From positions 1 to 42,245 of the forward strand of contig NMRA01001185.1 of the NCBI GenBank assembly GCA_002633005.1: a DNA stretch of 42,245 bases. The letters run 5' to 3'. This document shows positions 33,917 to 42,245 of the stretch, piece after piece. The notes under the pieces were generated by a model. The model was given only the letters and a program-made list of their open reading frames with translations, was not told the DNA's origin and did not search any database. Numbering within the stretch: position 1 is the first letter of the stretch; each line of letters opens with the position of its first letter. The translations under genes and the position numbers were made by a program. This DNA is from Phoronis australis (Eukaryota > Animalia > Phoronida).

Positions 33917-36900
33917 GTGAGTTCAAATTTGTGTTTTTCTCCAACCAAATTGCGAACTCGTTGGACGTCGACGTCGTCGCAAATCAACAACCATCTGCGG
34001 GTTACGTGTTACAACTGAAGCACGTGGTTACACTAGCTTTACTCGTGAGATTTCTTGTGTTATAGCAGTCCAGTACCAGGGTGAGATCCGTGGCATAGAC
34101 GCAAGAATCTTGCAAGTTTAATCATTAATGCAAGTAAAGCTAGACTCTATAGGCCGTCTTGCGTCTGGAGTCTCTAGAGATCTCAGTACTGGGCTGTGTT
34201 GGATAAAGCGGTATCTGATTTTGAGAACCCGGTAATCACTGAATAGCCCGTTCAGTGGATGAAACTATTTCTCAAAGTCAGGTACCGCTATATCAGACCA
34301 GTGCCATTACGCAGACCCTACTCCACAAGACATGGCTTTCAGTCATTACTTTGTCATCCACTACCGCACTAGTACCAACACTTGAACCCAGAATCAAGTG
34401 TCCAAATCGCCCATTGTTTTGGCAAGTGATATTACCTGGACGTCCCTTGTCTCTCATTCCCTTTCCTCAGAACAGGCGCACCTCATCACCACCTCTCAGC
34501 AACAGTTACACTTCTAGACAGTGCCACCCTCTGAACTGGGAGTCCGGCAGCACAGTTGACACAGAAGGTGATCATCCCATACGGCCACCATACACCAAAA
34601 ATGTTTTGGTATATAAATGGTGTACCTTTTGAGCATAGAGGATCGACACCTTGAGGTTGTTGATGTCTTTAATTCCTTCAAAGACTTTAGCAGATACATT
34701 TTTCCAGTTACATTGGAATACTTGCATAGATTTGTTTGAATAAAAAATAAGTATAAGTACCTTAAATGAAATAAAATTTGGATTAACTGTTTTTCAACTT
34801 GCTTCAGCTGGCCCCATCAACTCCACTGCAGGAGGATTTTATTTATCACTGGAAAGCCATCACAAACTACTTCCTGGATAACAAAGGTGAGGTGTCTTGG
34901 TTTGTGAAATCTGCTTGCTGGTAAAATCTTGGAGCTTAAGTCACATTTCACCCTGTTTAGGCCTTTTGCTCTCATAAAAATTGTCTCGTTATGTAATTTA
35001 CTTTACAACAGGTGGCTGGTGACATTAGAATGTGTTAACTCCTTGGTTGGCTTGGCCAAAAATGAGTCATGCACTCAAAGGATTTATGTGCTTGTGCTCT
35101 CGAGTTCCAAATAGTTGTAGAGACAACAGCAATAATAGTATAGACCGGAAAATTTCACGATTTCTAATAATAGTTGAGACTCTAATAATATTATAGACTG
35201 AAAAACTAGAAAAGTAAAATAATAGTATAGACCGAAAATTGGCAGAAAAATTAATAACAGTATAGAATGGAATAATGGTATAGACGGAAAATTTGTGAAA
35301 ATTTAAACATAGTATAGACTGGAATAATAATATTCATTACAAATTTGGGTAAAATCTAATAATGATATAGAAGGGAATAATAGTGCAAACAGCAAATTCT
35401 AGGGAATAATGGTATTGTCGGGAAATTTGTGGAAAATTAAAAATAGTATAGACTGGAATAATAACATTGATAACAAATTTGCATAAAATCTAGTAATGGT
35501 AGATGGAAATAATAGGAAATGCAAAATCTAATAATGATATAGATGGGAGTAATAGGGCAAAGAAGCAAATTCTGTCTGACTTACCACTTTAAGTAATTGT
35601 TTCAAAGAAAAACCTTTAAACTGAACATTAGCATAGTTAAGTTATTGCAGTGGTGTATCCACACATGCCATAACATAGTACAGTGAAGTGGAATAAAGTG
35701 TCATTGCTAAAACAAAGACCATTTGTTTATTCAATAACTTTAAATGGAAGTCTATACAGACGTGTTTCAAACAGTATGTGGAATCATTTTACTCAAAAAA
35801 GAATGTGACGTTCATTCTAGAGATGCCAATGGCGACTAAGTCCAAAAACTATAACACCGAGGTAAAGATTTCAGCAGCAATGTCCAGTCTTCCATGAAGC
35901 CGACATTCTGAATAAAGACAAATAGTGTCTTGGTAAAACGAGTCACATTTTATCATACATGTTCCTTACTGTCAAGCCTTTGATTTCTCTCAATCTCATG
36001 TCAATACCCTCGTAATGTTTGTCAGAATTCGACGTCAAAAAATCGGCACATCCAAAATTTTACTCGTCCAGAAATTGAAATTTCTTGCAGAATTGGCCAA
36101 CATACAAGTCCACAACCACGACTATGTCCACCATCTTGAATATCTAATTAGGTATAATAAACAAACTGATTCACGTGCGTTTTCATTTATTTGGACGGAG
36201 AGCAAGTAGAAATCAATTTCAATAAAGATATCGACTGGATTGTCGAACGTAAGCAACTATGACATTTTCAAGATTGTCATAAATCCATTCTTGCTGTTCA
36301 TAAAAGCAATCTATTCTCAAGTTTGGAGCGAATTGTAAAAATGATGATGGAGCAATGTCCGATGATTGTCATGTCGGCAACTTGTCGGTACTCTGTTAAT
36401 TGAAAGTTCCGGCACCGTTCTTTAATTGCACGGGTATTTGCGCTTCATTGACTGGCCACATTATCACCATGGTCTGTATCTGTACCTGGGTTATGTGTTG
36501 TACCAGCATCTGAATCAATGTCTGTTTGTGGAACATCTCTCGGTTTGTAAAATAATCCTCGAGTTCTTTAGGCCTTTGCACGGCAGTCGACATGAGTAAG
36601 TAAGTAGAATGCGCATGTCAATCATGATGGAAACGGCAGATGACACTTGCTGTGCAAAATCTCGGAATTACTCCCCCGGCAAATGTCAGGGACATACACA
36701 GTGAAGAGTTGTAGCGGCTTGCCAGTTTTTCACAGGGTGCAATCATAAATATTGGATCAGCCAAAAAAACTCGGCGAAAGTGTCTTTTTTTCACATGTAT
36801 GTTGAGCTGCCGGTAACACCGATCTGTGTCATGGGGTGCGCGGAGTATTGAAAAATGCGCTAAGAAAGCACTCTTTTTGCACTATATTTCTCATTTCTAA

Positions 36901-39900
36901 AATTACTGATGGCCAATTTCTTTGAACGACTGTCGACCAGCCGTTAATATTGAGAAAGTGGTCATCATTTTAAGTTTTTTTAAATTTTTCCGACAAAATC
37001 TGACTGATCGTGTCGAACCTGTCCAAAGTAACAACATTCTGGCCGTCCAACAGATGGCCGCTGCATAAACCCTTGCTTGGGAGTCTGCTTTGAAACGTAC
37101 AGTAGTATATTTTAGCGAATAAAATCTTTTAATGTGTATGACATGCGACTTCTGTGTGTAAGGTGGAGTCGTATATATTGCTCTTCTAAATTACAAACGT
37201 TGAACTGAGTGTCACTAAGTCCAGAGGTTTAGAGCGAATTCACTTCGTCGTGGGACCAAGGTACGATACCTGGTGTTAGTAGCAAAGTTTTTGTGTACCG
37301 AATTTGTATGGAATCAAACAAAACTTGTGAACTTGCTGTAACCAAATAATCGTGGAGTGCAGAAAAAAGTTACGAAATTAATAAATGTAGAGACCTGAAT
37401 AAGCGTCGTATAGACCGAAAAACAAGTCTGAAATAAATATTGGTATAGATACGGCTATTTGGAACTCGAGAGTGATGTAAGTGAAAAGTGATCCGTAAAT
37501 TATACTCCCACTTCGAAGCTTCCAAAACTTGTTGCCTTCAAGTTTATGTTCTTTGTTCAATTGTGTTTTATACTGGATGAAAATCAGCTCGTCAATGAGC
37601 TAACCAATGTTCCTGAGCATGTGATGTTCTTATTAGTTTATCAACTCTCCTCTTGTAGTTGAGGGTCCCATTGAGCATGTGATGTTCTTATTAGTTTATC
37701 AACTCTCCTCTTGTAGTTGAGGGACCCATTGAGTATGTGATGTTCTTGTTAGTTTATCAACTCCCCTCTTGTAGTTGAGGGACCCATTGAGCATGTGATG
37801 TTCTTATTAGTTTATCAACTCCCCTCTTGTAGTTGAGGGACCCATTGAGCAGTCCAAAATTCCATGATCTGAAGTTTTTGACAGACAGGTTTATTATGGT
37901 ACCACCGTTCGTAATTTTTTCCGCATAGTCTAGATGAAAACTGGCTAATGCAGAAGACCAAGGCTCCTTAGCATCTAAAGCTTATTAAGGTCTTGGCTCT
38001 CAGTCATCTTGTTGTAGGTGTAAATCATTCGTGTTCACGTGTTTTTCTTGTTGTAGATGAAAAGCGTCCCATCGAACAGACCAACATTCCTGAACATCTG
38101 GCACAGATGGTGAACATCCTGGTGGAAGAAGAGCACAGTGGGGAGACTGGTAGTACAGGACCATGCATGGAATACATGCTGCATCATAAGCTGTTGGACA
38201 CCCTGTACACACTGGGCCGCACTGATGTAGGTACCTAGGCAACTGTAGCGTTGATGCCAGTAGTTTCTTGCAGTGTCTATGCTGGATTAATTGTGTAAAA
38301 GATTTTTAGAGGGTTATACTTACAAACTACTTTTACGCTAAACAGAATGATGAAATTCCCATTATTTAGAGTTTAAAATTTTAAAGGACCATTGTTTTTA
38401 TGAACGAAAAACCCATTTTTGAGATCATTGTTGAATTAACACTTTTTGAAGTTTTTAATTTTGACCGGAGCTACAAAACAATACAATCCGTTGTGTTGTT
38501 GTGATTTTAGTACAAATCACCAATTCTTGCAGTTGTCTGAGAGACATTCATAGCCATTGATTCTGGTGACTCTGCCAGATAAATACGCTAATAAGTACTC
38601 CTGACAGGCATTTAGTGGTTTGGGTTTAGCAGAGCCCTTTAATTACTGCTGTGTCAATTTTGCGTTGGGGCTGATTTTGGAAAACGATTTCTCTCACCGA
38701 CAATGTAACTTTAAGTCTACATTGTACATTTTACTACTCTCCGACGTTTTATAGTTACATTTTAAGTTAGTTATGCTCCAATCTGTATCTTCCAGTAATT
38801 ATTTTTCTGTGCACCTGGGTATGCTGTGCATTCATTCTTTAATTTGAGCCGTATTCATGACATTTAATTATTATTCATTATTTTTTGTGTGTGTCATATG
38901 GTGAAGTAGTTTTCATTGTTTTCACCCGTAGCGAAACCTAACCACATACACCATAATCGGGATGAAACCTGGTTCCCGAAAACCACGTAAGATGTCTGTG
39001 CCATCTGGCAATAAGACACAAACCTTAATGTGCACTTTACAGCAACTGGAGTTGGAACAAATTTTTAGTCAGTCGTCTGTACAAAATGCATAAATACCTG
39101 TGCAACTTTCACTGTCTATGCCTTATTGCAGTGTCCCCCCGGGATGAAACAGCAGGTTCTGGTCTTCTTCACTCAGCTACTGTCCAAGATAAGTCAGCCA
39201 CTGCTGCCCCATGTTAATGTGCACAAGTCTGTTCAGGTGGGGTACTCTTATAGTGTAATGGAGCGTTTTGACACAAAGCTGCTCATAAGTCAATGTGATT
39301 AGTTAGTGACACTCAGTGTTATTTTCATGTGGTTTTACCATCTACTCATACATTATGTCATTGCACTATCCCCCGACCTATGTTGATTTTATGGGAAAGT
39401 GATTCTTTGATTTGGATTTAAATATCAGCCTCATTCCCCTTAGCAAAAGTATTTAAGAATCACGAGGCCAGAAATTTTCCGTAGCCTGGACCCTGCTCAA
39501 AATTCAACATGATATACTTCTGAGCCGTGTTTTTACCTGAGTGTGTAGGGATAACACCGCAATGTATCAATGAATTAACAAAGAAGACCCTTAAGTGTTC
39601 TTCAGTTTTACTTTCATGGTTTTCTTTATTTTATATTGGATCATGTTCAAATTTTACGTGATCCTTTGATAGTCTTAGATTAATCTTTTTGACTGGAACA
39701 GGAAGGCTATTTGTAACTTTAAATGTTTGTTAGCTGCACTCAAGCATTCTTTCAAACTTTCCTCTGCTCATCTCTGACTTGTTACTTTCTCTCTCGCAGA
39801 GGTTCATCAAAGTCTGTGGTGAAGTGAAGGCTGCCCCCACTGAGGCTGAAGAGATACAGTTCCTACTGACTGTCTGCTCCAAACTGAGGCAGGATCCGTA

Positions 39901-41704
39901 TCTAGTCAACTTCTTCCTTGATGTGAGCTTGTGGTTTGTTTTTGACCGTGTAGTTGAAATTTTTTGTGCCTGGAGCAAGTTTTAAAAGGATGTCATAACT
40001 CAACGATATTTTCTTAGAGTCTAAACGGAGACTTACGACCAGTCGTAAGTTTTGGCATAAAACTCAAAAAAATGTGAGGAAGTTAGGACATTAGTGATGT
40101 CATAGTCAAACATTTTTTTCATTCTTTCAACATTTTTGTCTCATTTATCCATCATGTATCTTATAATTGGGTCTCTTTGTATAATAGTCATATTTAACAG
40201 GCCTACATTTTGAGAATTAGTTTTCTCCACTGAATAACGGACATGAAACTGTTTCTCAAAATGTTGGCACGTTATATCCGATTATTACCTCTTTTTGATA
40301 TCTCTTTAATACCATGTGGTCACCATAAAAATGTCACCCTGCCTCAGGGCTTTATAATATGTGACTTTGCTATTCTCTCGAAACTTGCATCCTACTGTAA
40401 TTGTGAAACATGGCAAAAAATTTCCTGTCATCCACTAGACTTACTAGTGTATTTCACTGAGAATCTTACTAAATGGTATTCCTGTTTTGCTGATGATTGG
40501 ATTATGTCCCCTGGATGTTGCTGTCAAGAAGCAGACAGTTATAAAATGAGTGAAATGAAAGTTTAGTATTTATTTCATTGTTACAGGGTGCAAAATCACG
40601 GCAGCAAGTGAATCAGCCCAACCAGAAAACTCAATCCACTGCGAAGGATGACAGGCGGTTTGTTTTGCTGGAGTCCCTATTGTCTCTGTGCCATAGTGCT
40701 GTAAGTAATATTTTATGCCCTCCCAGTGTTAAAGCCCTCTCTCAGAATTTACGTTCTTGGCAGTGAAATATCTGAACAAATCCTGCTTGTTGGCACTACA
40801 GATAGCGCTGCTCGGTTTTAAGCATTTGAGGTTTGGTTATCGAAATTACCGACTGCGCAATGATTGGCCACTGGCTTGACATCATTAAAACAAAATTAAG
40901 GCAGATTATTTCCACAGGCCTTGTGGCTACCGTTCATGAAGCAGAAGGCATTGTTCTGGTTATTGTCTGAAATAAAGGTTGTTCGCCTACTTGTTTTCAA
41001 TTCTTTTTAATTAATTGAAATTAGAAATTAATCTGTTTTCAAATCAAAATGCATCATTTTTTGGAATAATTTAGACCCAAATTGCTGCAGTATACTGTTA
41101 GTTATCATTTTTATATAAACCTAAATTTCAAAATTATATTACTCGTGATGTTCCGGCGATTTCTGTAAAAATGTTAGTACATCACTATTGGTCATGGTGC
41201 ATTTTGGCATATAAACAACAAACAGAATTCAGGCTTCAGAAATAATAACACATTGTCTGTTTTTCTCCAAGCTCATAATTTGCTCTAGATGTAAGTGAGG
41301 CACTTTGAGCTTTGTAGCAATGGCCGATCGTGTTTAAGAGTTACTTAATATTTTGACTTTAAAAATTGCCAGAAGTTGTTGAGCTCTCAAATCTTTTGCT
41401 GCATAAATGGTGTTTTTACCTTCAGCTTACACCCATAATTCAATATTTCAGCCCTACAGACCGATCATTTTAGTGTTGGCTATTTCAGCCGTGTTTAAAG
41501 TACAGTCTGTTGTTATTGTCTGCCATTGCCCACTGTGTAGCATAGCTTTGCATTTTTGCCACAGTCTAGTTCAGTGTTCCCTCAAATCATTTCCTCAAGT
41601 TTGTACTTTACCGTTTTTATTTTGACAGGATGGTCGAGTTGGTGTCAAGGCCTGCGAGGGCCTCATGTTGTGTGCAAGTCTTCCCGAGGATAGCTGTGCT
41701 GATG
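33872..41704 (+). CDS. FHIP2: FHF complex subunit HOOK-interacting protein 2 (FHIP2/FAM160B), 5' part (7 exons, continues beyond window)
   Basis: join(33872-33916,34808-34886,38057-38226,39132-39236,39800-39922,40587-40700,41629-41704). [34 protein letters not shown]...[37 protein letters not shown]...[24 protein letters not shown]...[14 protein letters not shown] matches my recall of the FHIP2A/FAM160B1 N-terminus. Confidence 0.94.
34202..34294. mobile_element. 93 bp hairpin element in FHIP2 intron 1 (family shared with 15384-15491)
   Basis: gataaagcggtatctgattttgagaa / ttctcaaagtcaggtaccgctatatc, plus inner stem cactgaa/ttcagtg. Confidence 0.65.
34622..34680 (+). repeat. Fragment of the 32068-32670 foldback arm
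   Basis: gtaccttttg.gcatagagga...gagg.tgt..atgtctttaattcctt shared with ~32196-32252. Confidence 0.65.
34808..34886 (+). CDS. FHIP2: FHIP2 exon 2
   Basis: cag|[26 protein letters not shown]|gtgagg. Confidence 0.92.
35131..35575. repeat. AT-rich compound minisatellite
   Basis: Recurrent taataatagtatagac..gaa motif with a ~135 bp higher-order duplication (about 35270-35400 vs 35404-35573). Confidence 0.8.
37614..37851. repeat. Minisatellite, 58 bp x 4
   Basis: tgagcatgtgatgttcttattagtttatcaactc(t/c)cctcttgtagttgaggg(t/a)cccat. Confidence 0.95.
38057..38226 (+). CDS. FHIP2: FHIP2 exon 3
   Basis: tag|[26 protein letters not shown]...[24 protein letters not shown]|gtaggt. Confidence 0.93.
39132..39236 (+). 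CDS. FHIP2: FHIP2 exon 4
   Basis: cag|[35 protein letters not shown]|gtgggg. Confidence 0.92.
39800..39922 (+). CDS. FHIP2: FHIP2 exon 5
   Basis: cag|[41 protein letters not shown]|gtgagc. Confidence 0.93.
40587..40700 (+). CDS. FHIP2: FHIP2 exon 6
   Basis: cag|[10 protein letters not shown]...[18 protein letters not shown]|gtaagt. Confidence 0.85.
41629..41704 (+). CDS. FHIP2: FHIP2 exon 7
   Basis: cag|[25 protein letters not shown]|gtatgc. Confidence 0.92.
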
Positions 41705-42245
41705 GTATGCATTTTGTGAAGTTACTGTGTTTGACTCTTGATGGAATAGATTATTTTCAGGTTTCAAATTTGGTCTACACAACCACATGTCTTAGGTTAC
41801 ATCTAGACTGAGCAATGTGTGACCATTTAAAGTTTGGGGTTTGGCTGCAGGAAATGAGAAATGAATGATTTCAAAATGTAATGCCTAGTTTACCTTATGG
41901 TTCCTTATGCAAAATTGGTTGAATACACGACAGTTGTGGTTTATCTTTATTCCGTTCCATATGTATTATCAAAGCAAAGTTTGGCACTCAATAGAACATT
42001 TGTAAAGCAACTGACCAAGAGACATGATTAAAAGACACACAATATCTCAAAACACACTTGTTTCATTCTCAAGAGGAAATACAATGACGCAGTAATACCA
42101 CTACAGCGCTAAAGCTGCAGACATACACAGTGGGACACCACAGAAGGTGTGAAATACTGAAAAGAATGACAAATGAATGTTTCCTTACTATAACATCTTT
42201 GTATATTTTAGTGATTCGAACTCAGCCAGGTATAGAATCTTGTTT

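Noticed and set aside
34255-34632. 125-aa ORF in FHIP2 intron 1
   Set aside because: No recognisable domain, non-ATG start, and it overlaps repeat fragments.
37614-37851. 58-bp array as another amplified FHIP2 splice acceptor (ctcttgtag)
   Set aside because: Exons 2 and 3 join directly to give the conserved protein, so no exon is needed here.

Overview
Intron-rich, AT-rich animal genomic DNA (invertebrate-like; species not determinable) with two assembly gaps. Most ORF-track entries are spurious or single exons. Three spliced genes were rebuilt by hand with GT-AG junctions and consistent phases. (1) An 8-coding-exon aldo-keto reductase on the minus strand (12909->5246, 340 aa, D-Y-K-H tetrad intact, bacterial-type subfamily). 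(2) FNTA, the farnesyl/geranylgeranyltransferase-I alpha subunit, on the minus strand (30451->19508, 8 exons, 320 aa). (3) The first 7 exons of FHIP2/FAM160B on the plus strand (from 33872, running off the window), head-to-head with FNTA. Introns and intergenic DNA hold many non-autonomous elements: Helentron-associated HINEs, TTAA-flanked and Tc1-like MITEs, a 600-bp foldback, a tRNA-derived SINE with a perfect TSD, and short hairpin elements. The most unusual signal is minisatellites built from functional junctions: about 22 tandem copies of the AKR terminal-exon 3' splice site, and two arrays that each amplify a transposon end plus its flank.
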